This document shows positions 41,719-50,343 of a DNA stretch of 50,343 bases, in pieces (positions within the stretch are counted from its first letter, which is position 1; every line of letters starts with the position of its first letter). Below the pieces are notes generated by a model. It was not told the DNA's origin and ran no database searches. It saw nothing but the letters and a program-made list of their open reading frames with translations. The stretch lies in the IMG/VR virus record IMGVR_UViG_3300020042_010754, positions 1 through 50,343 of that record; one strand, 5' to 3'. The stretch is from a virus. Lineage: Duplodnaviria > Caudoviricetes. A program made the translations under genes and the position numbers.

Positions 41719-42804
41719 ATGTCAGATACCCGCACCGTTACTTCTGCACAGGCTCGTAAGAGCCTGCTCAAAGCATTTCGTGTCAAACGTCCCTTGTTCT
41801 TGTGGGGTCCTCCAGGCATTGGCAAGAGTGAATTGGTCGAAAATATTACCAATGAGCTAGGTGGACTCATGATCGACCTGCGCCTGGGTCAGATGGAACC
41901 CACAGACATTCGTGGTATCCCGTTCTACAACAAGGACATTGGCAAAATGGACTGGGCGCCTCCTGTGGAACTGCCCGACGAAGAAATGGCCAAGGACTAT
42001 CCTATTGTGGTGTTGTTTCTTGACGAACTGAACAGTGCCGCACCCAGTGTTCAAAGTGCCGCGTATCAACTAATTCTGAATCGACGTATTGGCAAGTATC
42101 GCCTGCCTAAAAATGTTGTGATGGTTGCCGCAGGCAATCGCGAAAGCGACAAAGGGGTTACTTACCGCATGCCTACTCCGCTGGCAAATCGTTTCTTGCA
42201 CCAAGAGATGAAGGTGGACTTTGCTAGTTGGCAAGAATGGGCTGTGATAAACAAGATCCATCCAGAAGTGGTGGGTTACTTGAGCTTTGCCAAACAAGAC
42301 TTGTATGACTTTGACTCCAAGTCCAGCTCACGAGCTTTTGCTACTCCGCGTACCTGGAGTTTTGTAAGCGAGCTCCTGGAAGAAGATGACAGCGACAATG
42401 ACACATTGACCAATCTGATTGCGGGCACTGTGGGCGAAGGACTTGCTGTAAAGTTCATGGCACACCGCAAGGTATCTGGACGCATGCCTAACCCTGCAGA
42501 TATCTTGAGTGGCAAGGTTACCACACTTGACGTCAAAGAAGTCAGTGCCATGTACAGCCTGGTGATCTCCATGTGCTACGAGCTCAAGGCTGCTGTGGAG
42601 AACAAGATTGACAACAAGAAGTTCCATGAAATGGCAGATAACTTCCTGGGCTACATGATGAAGAACTTTGAAACAGAGTTGACTGTGATGGGTGCTCGTA
42701 TTGCACTGACCACATACGACTTGCCCTTCCTGCCTACCAAGCTGAAAAACTTTGATGAGTTCCACCAGCGTTTTGGCAAGTACATCTTGCAGGCTTCGGC
42801 CTAA
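41719..42804 (+). CDS. MoxR-like AAA+ ATPase
   Basis: GPPGIGKS, LFLDELN, AAGN, LANRF, TPRTW. Confidence 0.9.
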   Translation: MSDTRTVTSAQARKSLLKAFRVKRPLFLWGPPGIGKSELVENITNELGGLMIDLRLGQMEPTDIRGIPFYNKDIGKMDWAPPVELPDEEMAKDYPIVVLFLDELNSAAPSVQSAAYQLILNRRIGKYRLPKNVVMVAAGNRESDKGVTYRMPTPLANRFLHQEMKVDFASWQEWAVINKIHPEVVGYLSFAKQDLYDFDSKSSSRAFATPRTWSFVSELLEEDDSDNDTLTNLIAGTVGEGLAVKFMAHRKVSGRMPNPADILSGKVTTLDVKEVSAMYSLVISMCYELKAAVENKIDNKKFHEMADNFLGYMMKNFETELTVMGARIALTTYDLPFLPTKLKNFDEFHQRFGKYILQASA

Positions 42805-42853
42805 AACAACAAGGGCTGTGATGGCCCTTGTTTCTTATCACAAGGATCCGAGC

Positions 42854-43099
42854 ATGGGATGGGTGGTGTATTCTGAAAAATCAGGCGAGATTTTAAGATA
42901 TTACGATATTGAATCCAAGGCACAATCGCAGGTGACTGGGCACAATAAAAAATTATTTTGGGCAAGATTAAAGTCAACTCAGGGTCGTGATTATAAAGAA
43001 CAATGGGCACATTGCAACTGGCAAGACTACGAAAATATTTTTAAGAAATATTACGAAGATCAGAAACCCTACATGTTGCAGAAAAGCAAATACAGATGA
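42854..43099 (+). CDS. Hypothetical protein
   Basis: AAGGA RBS. Confidence 0.6.
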   Translation: MGWVVYSEKSGEILRYYDIESKAQSQVTGHNKKLFWARLKSTQGRDYKEQWAHCNWQDYENIFKKYYEDQKPYMLQKSKYR

Positions 43100-43416
43100 A
43101 ATACCAAGTAACCGATATGGACCGGCGCTTCAGCCACAGTGCCAGTTTCAACTACATGCTGAGATTTTCCAAACCTACCTGGCAAGGCACTGGCGTGCTG
43201 GATTTTGATCGTGCTAGACGTTGGATGAATCGCACCTGGGGCTGGAGTCAAGAGGTAGACTATCGCAGTGCGATCAAGCGCAGTAATATAGTGTTACAAG
43301 ATGGAGATATCAACCTGCACTGGGCATATTCGGCCGTGTACAAAGACTATCGCATCTATCTTGCCAGCGAAAAAGAACTGGCATTTTTTCAACTGGCACA
43401 TTCAGGTCCTGAGTAG
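43096..43416 (+). CDS. Hypothetical protein
   Basis: Coupled ORF. Confidence 0.7.
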   Translation: MKYQVTDMDRRFSHSASFNYMLRFSKPTWQGTGVLDFDRARRWMNRTWGWSQEVDYRSAIKRSNIVLQDGDINLHWAYSAVYKDYRIYLASEKELAFFQLAHSGPE

Positions 43417-43703
43417 TGGGACAGGTAACTGTAAAAAAGAATCTAATCATCTTTCACAATCCTGGAGAATGGTCAGATATCTATGCTAAAATTTTGCAAC
43501 AGTATGGCATGGTAATGGCACTGCGAACCAGACTACGGAAAGAGATGGGGTTTACGTATCGACACCATCAAGGGCTGGTTGCCAACGAGTATCTACGTCC
43601 AGATGGCCCTAACATGCGTTACGAGGAACAGATTCACTTGGACTTTTATAGTGAGGCTGCACAGAGTTGGTTCCAGCTTAAATACCTAAATCTTAGCACT
43701 TGA
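43416..43703 (+). CDS. Hypothetical protein
   Basis: Coupled ORF. Confidence 0.7.
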   Translation: MGQVTVKKNLIIFHNPGEWSDIYAKILQQYGMVMALRTRLRKEMGFTYRHHQGLVANEYLRPDGPNMRYEEQIHLDFYSEAAQSWFQLKYLNLST

Positions 43704-43728
43704 CCATTAATTCAATTTGTGCTATAAT
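43700..43728 (+). promoter_or_regulatory. sigma70 early-type promoter
   Basis: TTGACC-17-TATAAT with TG. Confidence 0.8.
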
Positions 43729-43755
43729 ATACACATAACGCAACAAAGGACAAGA

Positions 43756-45036
43756 ATGACATCTACTACTGCTACTAAAGAAGATAACAAGAAGTTTGCT
43801 AATCTGCTGGGCGAAACTGATCCCAAAATTGACCGAATTGTGCGTGAAAAACTGATCACTGCTCGTGTGGGTCTGCTGCTCAAAGCCAGCTTCTTTGGTA
43901 ACTTGGCCACTCGCTTGAAGCTGGTCAATGCTGACGAATGGTGTGGTACTGCGGCCACAGATGGTCGTAATTTCTATTACAACAGCCGTTTTATCCAGCT
44001 GCTTCGCCCAAAAGAAATTGAGTTTTTGTTTGGACACGAAGTCTTGCATTGTGTATATGATCACTTTGGCCGCAGAGGTGATCGTGACCCTCAACTGTTT
44101 AACATTGCCAATGACTTTTGTGTTAATGCAGACCTGATCAAGCACCAGGTGGGTGAAAAAATTACCACTGTGCCTTGCTTGTATGATCCCAAGTACGATG
44201 GTATGAGCTCAGAAGAAATCTACGATATCTTGTATGAAAAAGCAGACAAGATTGATATTGGCAAATTGCTGGATCAAATGATCGACGAACACCTGGATGG
44301 CGAAGGTGCTGACAGTGACGGCGCTCAAGATGGCCATGGTAAAGGCAAAGGTCGCCCCCGAATCAGTGCCGAAGAAAGTCAAGCCATCAAGGACGAGATC
44401 AAGGAGGCCATGCTGGCTGCGGCCGCCACAGTGGACGGAGCAGGCAACTTGCCCGCAGGTGTCAAGCGACTGATCCAAGAGCTTACTGAACCGCAGATGA
44501 ACTGGCGTGAACTGTTGCGTATGCAATTGGAGAGCACTATCAAAAGTGACTACACCTGGATGCGAGCAAGCCGCAAAGGCTGGCACATGGATGCTGTGAT
44601 GCCTGGTATGAAACTGGATCCCATGATTGATATTGCTGTGGCACTAGATGCATCTGGCAGTATCAGCGAAACAATGCTCAAGGACTTTTTGGGTGAGATC
44701 CAAGGCATTATGGAATCGTTCCCAGCATACCGTATTCATGTTGTGACATTTGATACCGAAGCATACAACCCTGTGCAGTATGACAGTGACAATCTAGACG
44801 ACATCTGCGATTACGAAATCAAGGGCGGTGGCGGCACAGACTTTGACTGTATCTTTAACTACTTGAAAGCCAACGAGATTGAACCCAAGCGACTGGTTGT
44901 GTTCACAGACGGTTACCCGTTTGGCTCGTGGGGTGATGAAAACTATGCAGACACTGTGTGGATCTTGCATGGCACCACAACTATTGAGCCACCTTGGGGA
45001 CAGCATGCCTACTATGATGAGGAGAAAAGCAAATGA
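43756..45036 (+). CDS. Metallopeptidase-like + VWA domain protein (DUF2201-type), MoxR partner
   Basis: TAATDG, HEVLH, DASGS MIDAS, GGGGTDF, FTDG. Confidence 0.88.
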   Translation: MTSTTATKEDNKKFANLLGETDPKIDRIVREKLITARVGLLLKASFFGNLATRLKLVNADEWCGTAATDGRNFYYNSRFIQLLRPKEIEFLFGHEVLHCVYDHFGRRGDRDPQLFNIANDFCVNADLIKHQVGEKITTVPCLYDPKYDGMSSEEIYDILYEKADKIDIGKLLDQMIDEHLDGEGADSDGAQDGHGKGKGRPRISAEESQAIKDEIKEAMLAAAATVDGAGNLPAGVKRLIQELTEPQMNWRELLRMQLESTIKSDYTWMRASRKGWHMDAVMPGMKLDPMIDIAVALDASGSISETMLKDFLGEIQGIMESFPAYRIHVVTFDTEAYNPVQYDSDNLDDICDYEIKGGGGTDFDCIFNYLKANEIEPKRLVVFTDGYPFGSWGDENYADTVWILHGTTTIEPPWGQHAYYDEEKSK

Positions 45037-45461
45037 TAGTACGACTAGAACAGGACGAAAACGGCGATTTAATTTTGCCACTGGGAGACGAACTGTGCGA
45101 TTCAGTTGGTTGGAAAATTGGTGACACCATTGTGTGGACCGACAATCATGATGGGTCGTGGACCATGAGCAAGAAGCCATCCACCAAAATTGTGCTAGTT
45201 GATGTACTAGTATCACATCGCATGCGTTATGCTGTGGAACTGGCCGAAGATTCCCCAGAATCCTGGGCCTTGGACACTGTGACAATGGAACAGGCAGCAG
45301 AGTTTAGTCAGGAGTGCCTGGGCGAGCAGATTGTATCACATAGAGTGATTACTGAGGCTGAATTTTTACAACAGTTTGACAAGGACAACAGTTATCTTAA
45401 AGGCTGGACCGCAGAGAAAAAGTTTGATTCTGCACTGACCCGATTGGAGATTAAAAAATGA
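45033..45461 (+). CDS. Hypothetical protein with AbrB/MazE-like N-terminus
   Basis: GDLILPL...GWKIGDTI. Confidence 0.7.
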   Translation: MIVRLEQDENGDLILPLGDELCDSVGWKIGDTIVWTDNHDGSWTMSKKPSTKIVLVDVLVSHRMRYAVELAEDSPESWALDTVTMEQAAEFSQECLGEQIVSHRVITEAEFLQQFDKDNSYLKGWTAEKKFDSALTRLEIKK

Positions 45462-45682
45462 ACGAACGAATTCTAAAACTTGCTGTTGAGGCCGGAATGT
45501 ATGTAGACCTTAACGGTACACCGTGGCCGCGAGCCATGTCAGCCGAAGAATCTGAAGCAGCCTATAAAAAGTTCGCCCAGTTGATTGTGCAGAAATGTGC
45601 TGATGTTGGTGAACGGTATGCTGATGGTAACTATGAAGTTCCTAATCAGATTTTAGAACATTTTGGATTGGAAGAAGAATGA
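45458..45682 (+). CDS. Hypothetical protein (MNERI family)
   Basis: Paralog of 47437. Confidence 0.7.
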   Translation: MNERILKLAVEAGMYVDLNGTPWPRAMSAEESEAAYKKFAQLIVQKCADVGERYADGNYEVPNQILEHFGLEEE

Positions 45683-45942
45683 GTGTACTTGAACTAAGCG
45701 GCAGACCGTTTGTGGTATTTGATCCTGCTAACTCTGATCATCGCGAGTTCTATTACGAGTTTTTTAAAAAGAGCACATGGGGCAAGTGCCCGTATCGTTT
45801 TGTAGTGCCCGAAGATCATGGTAATTTGGTTACAATGATCCAGCGTAGTCTTGTCAAGTACTATGTGGAGAAAGAGTTTATGCCCAGACGGAGTTTCGTA
45901 TCTCCCACAACGGTCCCTGTACGATTTGGAGTTGACCCATGA
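45679..45942 (+). CDS. Hypothetical protein
   Basis: Coupled ORF. Confidence 0.7.
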   Translation: MSVLELSGRPFVVFDPANSDHREFYYEFFKKSTWGKCPYRFVVPEDHGNLVTMIQRSLVKYYVEKEFMPRRSFVSPTTVPVRFGVDP

Positions 45943-46145
45943 TTGAACTAATTAAAGCAGATGTTAATCATATTTTAGGCAAACTTTTTTTTCAAGACCA
46001 TAAGCTGATGGAAGTTTGGTGGCATACAGCAAATAAACATTTTGAATTTAATACTCCTAACTTTATTTTTCAACAAGATGCCGAGGGTAGACAAAGAGTA
46101 TATGACTATGTACAAAAATGTTCTTCGGGACAAATGAAATCATGA
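45939..46145 (+). CDS. Hypothetical protein
   Basis: Coupled ORF. Confidence 0.65.
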   Translation: MIELIKADVNHILGKLFFQDHKLMEVWWHTANKHFEFNTPNFIFQQDAEGRQRVYDYVQKCSSGQMKS

Positions 46146-46391
46146 CATTTTTTTGGGGATTCTTATTGGGTTACATAGTGGGTGTGTTGTATATGTGCCA
46201 TCGTTCTAACGTAGATTCTAAGAGGCATACAGAATGACTTGGATACTATATCTAATTTTAGGAACTAGTACAATGACTAACTTACAACAAATAAATCGTT
46301 ATACAGATGAAACGGTTTGTAAAAAAGCAGCCAAAGAACTAACAGATAATAATGTCAGGGCAGTATGTTTGCCTAAGCAGGAATTGAAGTA

Positions 46392-47207
46392 ATGAACAAC
46401 ACCACAGTATCTAATGTTTCCTTGACAAGGACTGTTACGGTGCTGAATCATCACGGCGAGATGCAGACATTACAAATACCCACTGAACGTGCTTTAACTG
46501 TTTATGTGGATAAAAAAGAAATTGTCACGCTGATGACACTGGGAGCCTATCCCAAATGGTTGGTGTTGGGATACTTGCTCAATCAACGACTGATTGCTTC
46601 CGCAGCAGAAATAGATTCAATAACAGTAGATTGGGAAGTTGGTGCGGCTGCGGTAAAGACTCATACTGGAATTGTCAATCTCAAGAGAAAAACAACCAAA
46701 CGCACAGTTACCAGTGGTTGTGGGCAAGGTAGTATGTTTGGAGAGTTGATGCACAATATCAGTGATATACAACTTCCACCAGCCTTGATCACGCAAACCC
46801 AGTTGTATGCTATTGTAAATACCATACGCACAAATGACAGCATTTATAAAACTGCTGGATCTGTACATGGTTGTGCATTGTTTCAAGGTGAAAACATGCT
46901 GGTGTTTATTGAAGATGTGGGGCGACACAATGCATTAGATGCCATTGCCGGATGGCTGGCGCTACAACCCCGAGACAGCATAGCAGTAAATGACCGAGTA
47001 TTTTACACAACTGGAAGACTGACCAGCGAGATGATTATTAAGTCTGCACAAATGGCGGTGCCTATCGTTATATCTCGCAGTGGTATTACTGAAATGGGTT
47101 ATGAAATTGCAAAAAAACTAAATCTATGCGCCATAGGCCGAGCAACCAATAGACGCTTTTTTTGTTTTACTGCACCTGAAAGATTTTTATATGGAGTTGA
47201 AGAATGA
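46392..47207 (+). CDS. fdhD: Formate dehydrogenase accessory sulfurtransferase
   Basis: TSGCGQG, GSVHGCAL, EDVGRHNALD, TGRLTSEM..K. Confidence 0.93.
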   Translation: MNNTTVSNVSLTRTVTVLNHHGEMQTLQIPTERALTVYVDKKEIVTLMTLGAYPKWLVLGYLLNQRLIASAAEIDSITVDWEVGAAAVKTHTGIVNLKRKTTKRTVTSGCGQGSMFGELMHNISDIQLPPALITQTQLYAIVNTIRTNDSIYKTAGSVHGCALFQGENMLVFIEDVGRHNALDAIAGWLALQPRDSIAVNDRVFYTTGRLTSEMIIKSAQMAVPIVISRSGITEMGYEIAKKLNLCAIGRATNRRFFCFTAPERFLYGVEE

Positions 47208-47440
47208 GTGGTACACCAGCAAGCTCTAGTCCGGGCATAACGGGCTTTATTGAAATCTTTGAAGGTCGCTTGACCAAAATGAAACTGCACCTTAAAACAG
47301 AATTGAGCAAAGACAAACATGAACGAAATCGCAAGTGGCTTAAAAGTCAGTTACGCGAGACCAAAGCACTTAACAAGACACTGAAAGAAATGCGTACGGC
47401 CAGTGCAAAACGCTGTCCACATTGCGGAGAGAAACTATGA
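47204..47440 (+). CDS. Hypothetical protein with C-terminal CPHC
   Basis: Coupled ORF. Confidence 0.7.
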   Translation: MSGTPASSSPGITGFIEIFEGRLTKMKLHLKTELSKDKHERNRKWLKSQLRETKALNKTLKEMRTASAKRCPHCGEKL

Positions 47441-47655
47441 ACGAACGAATTCGACAACTTGCCGAACAGGCTGGAATTTATAAATTAAATTTGTCTGATG
47501 AAACAGAATACTGGATTATGGAAAATTTCGCCGAGTTGATTGTGAAGGAATGTATCAATCAATGTGCCTACACTCCCGACGTCGGCGAAGATTGGGATAA
47601 AGGTGTAAAGTGGGTTGCTAACGAGATAGCACAACATTTTGGAGTTGAACTATGA
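47437..47655 (+). CDS. Hypothetical protein (MNERI family)
   Basis: MNERI..LA..AG, FAELIV.EC, HFGVE. Confidence 0.7.
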   Translation: MNERIRQLAEQAGIYKLNLSDETEYWIMENFAELIVKECINQCAYTPDVGEDWDKGVKWVANEIAQHFGVEL

Positions 47656-47828
47656 TTAAACTTTGGTTGGCGTTTGCTATTATTGCTATTCTTATTCACC
47701 TTGGCATCACTGCCTGGCGAAAGATGGACGGTAAGGAACAACTGGCCTTGACAAAAAGCATAGGGTATAGTATACTTGTGTCACTGGCAGTGGTCATGAT
47801 GATGACAGTGCTTGTAATTGCATTTTAA
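47652..47828 (+). CDS. Small 2-TM membrane protein
   Basis: 58 aa, hydrophobic, ATGA overlap. Confidence 0.6.
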   Translation: MIKLWLAFAIIAILIHLGITAWRKMDGKEQLALTKSIGYSILVSLAVVMMMTVLVIAF

Positions 47829-47925
47829 GGAACTGTATGTTTTCTGAAGTAGTTGGGCGCCTAGCCTATGTTGCGCTAGGTATTGTGATTGGTATCAATC
47901 TTTTTCTTTTTTTTGGAGTTATCTA

Positions 47926-48723
47926 ATGAATCGTGTTATTAAACTTTCTATCGTGGCCGCGGCTGTGGCTCTTACCAGTGCTTGCACTCGCATTGAAACC
48001 GGCGAGGTTGGTGTGCGTGTGGGCTTTGACAAACAGGTAAAATCTGGCGAACTGTTGCCAGGCTCGTTCAACCAGACCCTGATTGGTGAAGTGCTTACAT
48101 TCCCAATCAAGGATGTTAATGTGAGCCTGGAGAACATGACTCCTGTAGCCAAAGACAATTCGACCATGAAAGACTTCGATGCTGTGGTTGTTTACAACAT
48201 CAACCCACAACAAGTGTCTGAACTGTATGCCACTAAGAATCGAGCGTTTCATGCAGAGTTCAAAGGCGATACTTATGTGATGTACAATTATATTGTGCAG
48301 AATGCTCGTAATGCTATCTACAAGGCTGCTCGCAAGTACGAAGCCCTGGACATGGCAGACAATCGTGGCGAGATGGAGAAGTTCATCCAGGAAGAAATTG
48401 TTCGCAATCTTGCTGAAGAAAAGTTGGATGGTAGTATTATGATTAGCCAAGTGCTGATTCGTAATGTTGTGCCAGCAGATTCAGTCGTTGAAAGTGCCAA
48501 CGCATTGGTTCGTAGTAAAAACGAACTCAAGCAGAAGGAAGTTGAAGTCAAGACCGCTGAAGCTGAAAGCCGTCGTATGGCAGCATTGGCCAACAACTCA
48601 GGTGCAAGTATTGCGTTCATGCAGGCACAGGCCATGTTGAACATTTCGGAAGGTATCAAGAACGGCCAAGTGCAGACCATTGTTGTGCCCTCAAACTTCA
48701 ATGCACTCATGATGAACAAGTAA
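47926..48723 (+). CDS. SPFH/Band-7 (prohibitin-like) lipoprotein
   Basis: Lipobox LTSAC, IETGEVGVRV, C-terminal coiled coil. Confidence 0.88.
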   Translation: MNRVIKLSIVAAAVALTSACTRIETGEVGVRVGFDKQVKSGELLPGSFNQTLIGEVLTFPIKDVNVSLENMTPVAKDNSTMKDFDAVVVYNINPQQVSELYATKNRAFHAEFKGDTYVMYNYIVQNARNAIYKAARKYEALDMADNRGEMEKFIQEEIVRNLAEEKLDGSIMISQVLIRNVVPADSVVESANALVRSKNELKQKEVEVKTAEAESRRMAALANNSGASIAFMQAQAMLNISEGIKNGQVQTIVVPSNFNALMMNK

Positions 48724-48732
48724 GGAGACCCC

Positions 48733-48954
48733 ATGCCCACAATATACACCGAAGTTGAAGTTGATGTTACATTAGAAGATTTTGATGACGATGACTTGAT
48801 GGAAGAAATGGACCGTCGTGGGCTTGGCGTCGAAGTCAATGCTTCTACTGCTAGTGAACTTATTCAAGAAATTTATCAGAAACGTAGATTGGGCAAGGAC
48901 TTTGAGCGCGAACTTGATCAGTTGATTTATCAAGTTACTGGCCGGGCAGTATGA
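48733..48954 (+). CDS. Acidic hypothetical protein
   Basis: AAGGAG RBS. Confidence 0.75.
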   Translation: MPTIYTEVEVDVTLEDFDDDDLMEEMDRRGLGVEVNASTASELIQEIYQKRRLGKDFERELDQLIYQVTGRAV

Positions 48955-49078
48955 CTGAGTTTGTCAATACACTTGTGCCCTTTGTATATGGCTTTGCCAT
49001 TGGTTACTTTTGCAACCCGTTGTGGAAGTTGGTCAAGAAGATCGTTGAAGAAGCCAAGACGGCTAAAAAGGAGTGGTA

Positions 49079-49255
49079 ATGAGTAAATTTAGAGCATGGT
49101 ATGTTGAATACCAAGATGAGATCTCTTGGTTTTTGATTGGTTGGTTGAGTCTGTCCGCGGTCAACTGTTTTATAGAACAGAAGTATGTCTGGGCCGCAGT
49201 CAGTGCAGTGCTGGTATATGCCAACTACAAGATGTCCAAGTTTCAGATGAAGTAA
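49079..49255 (+). CDS. Small membrane protein
   Basis: AAGGAG RBS. Confidence 0.6.
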   Translation: MSKFRAWYVEYQDEISWFLIGWLSLSAVNCFIEQKYVWAAVSAVLVYANYKMSKFQMK

Positions 49256-49258
49256 TGT

Positions 49259-49501
49259 ATGGCCAGTCTAGCCGAGTATTTTGCTGCCAATCGTCCGGTT
49301 GCAAAATACAATATTGGAGATCGTGTTATAGGCAAATATCATGGAGTGCCGTTTGTGGGCACTTGCGGCGCTGATATCATGGTCAACGAGCGTGTGGGGC
49401 CGTTGGTAACTGTGTTCCTGGATTTGCCTCTAAAGCACAATGATCAGTGGCACGAACTGTTTGTCAAAGTCAAATACAGTGATATTAAGATTTATACATA
49501 G
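49259..49501 (+). CDS. Hypothetical protein
   Basis: 80-aa ORF. Confidence 0.65.
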   Translation: MASLAEYFAANRPVAKYNIGDRVIGKYHGVPFVGTCGADIMVNERVGPLVTVFLDLPLKHNDQWHELFVKVKYSDIKIYT

Positions 49502-49565
49502 ACTCAATATACCCAAAATAGCCAATAAAATTTTATTCATCTAGAATCTTGTATTAAATATCTAT

Positions 49566-49766
49566 ATGGAAACTACACAATTGACTATTACAGATTTGAT
49601 GTCTATCAAATCCTTACTAGACACTGCCTGCAATCGAGGTACCTTTAAGGGATCAGAAATGAGCAAGGTTGGTGAAATTTATGACAGACTAACTGCATTC
49701 TTAGAAGTTAGTAAATCTGCTGCAGATGCAGCAGCAAAGCAAGCACAAGGAGAAACACATGCTTAA
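49566..49766 (+). CDS. Hypothetical protein (late box TTAAATA upstream)
   Basis: 66-aa ORF. Confidence 0.7.
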   Translation: METTQLTITDLMSIKSLLDTACNRGTFKGSEMSKVGEIYDRLTAFLEVSKSAADAAAKQAQGETHA

Positions 49767-50343
49767 ACACATTGGACGTCACGGCGACCGAAAGGTTGCA
49801 ATATTATTTAGAGAAGTACCAGGTGAGGATCACATGTGCCTTGTGATTTATCCAGATACATTACCCACTCATATTCATAATTCAATCATGAGCACACTAG
49901 AAAGTGCTCCGGGTCAGGCTGCAACAAATCTGTCAGAAGTGCTGCACCGTAATCTCTTGCCCGATGGTAGACCACAACTAGAAGCTCTACACAAAGAAGG
50001 TATGATCAAGAAGGTGCCAACTGCACAGATTATTGTAACACCTACTTTACAAAGCAGTGTCAAGTTGGATGAGCTAAACAAGATCATTCGTGAGATGGAA
50101 TCTGGTGAACAGGCTCTCAAGCGACTACAAGACATTGACAAAAATAGCGGATACGTTGATCCAGCACAGAAGCGCAAGGCCGAAGCAGAATACAAACGAA
50201 GTCAAGAAAAAACACAAAATTCTACTCCCGTGCCTGCACTTGATGCTTCTCAAAACAGCGCATTAGATGATCAAAGTATTGCTGTCAACCTGTTAGCACA
50301 GGCCAAACGTATGGAGGTAGATGCCCGCGGCATGATTAACGAA
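49759..50343 (+). CDS. Hypothetical protein, 3' truncated (MLKHIGRHGDRKVAI...)
   Basis: AAGGAG RBS, open to the window end. Confidence 0.75.
   Translation, partial: MLKHIGRHGDRKVAILFREVPGEDHMCLVIYPDTLPTHIHNSIMSTLESAPGQAATNLSEVLHRNLLPDGRPQLEALHKEGMIKKVPTAQIIVTPTLQSSVKLDELNKIIREMESGEQALKRLQDIDKNSGYVDPAQKRKAEAEYKRSQEKTQNSTPVPALDASQNSALDDQSIAVNLLAQAKRMEVDARGMINE

Overview
About 50 kb of a large, T4-like/jumbo tailed-phage genome: dense, mostly + strand genes, host-type sigma70 promoters plus TAAATA late-type boxes, and genetic code 11. The Bug/TctC, FdhD, AhcY and RpoZ genes and the tmRNA tag suggest an aquatic betaproteobacterial host (inference). 1-14.7 kb: 7-deazaguanine pathway genes (TGT/DpdA-like partial, two QueD-type, FolE, QueE) mixed with glycosyltransferases, GalE, a DegT-like protein, a cytidylyltransferase, radical-SAM and SGNH-like genes. 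14.6-22 kb: T4-like RNase H and accessory genes. 22-37 kb: RNA-rich island with 32 tRNAs (all 20 amino acids), a two-piece permuted tmRNA and many unexplained structured RNAs. 37-50 kb: RpoZ, a QueF-like protein without its catalytic Cys, AhcY, a MoxR/VWA pair, FdhD, SPFH and small ORFs. Best candidates for an undescribed system: (1) leader-peptide attenuators heading tRNA sub-operons, whose codons match the tRNAs downstream; (2) a family of spacer RNAs with a conserved closing stem (CCAUAUAGAAACACAUUAG...CUAGUGUGUUUCUAUAUGG) around variable cargo, placed between tRNAs; (3) riboswitch-like leaders before queD and dctP. All protein calls come from motif recognition by eye; no searches or folding programs were run.
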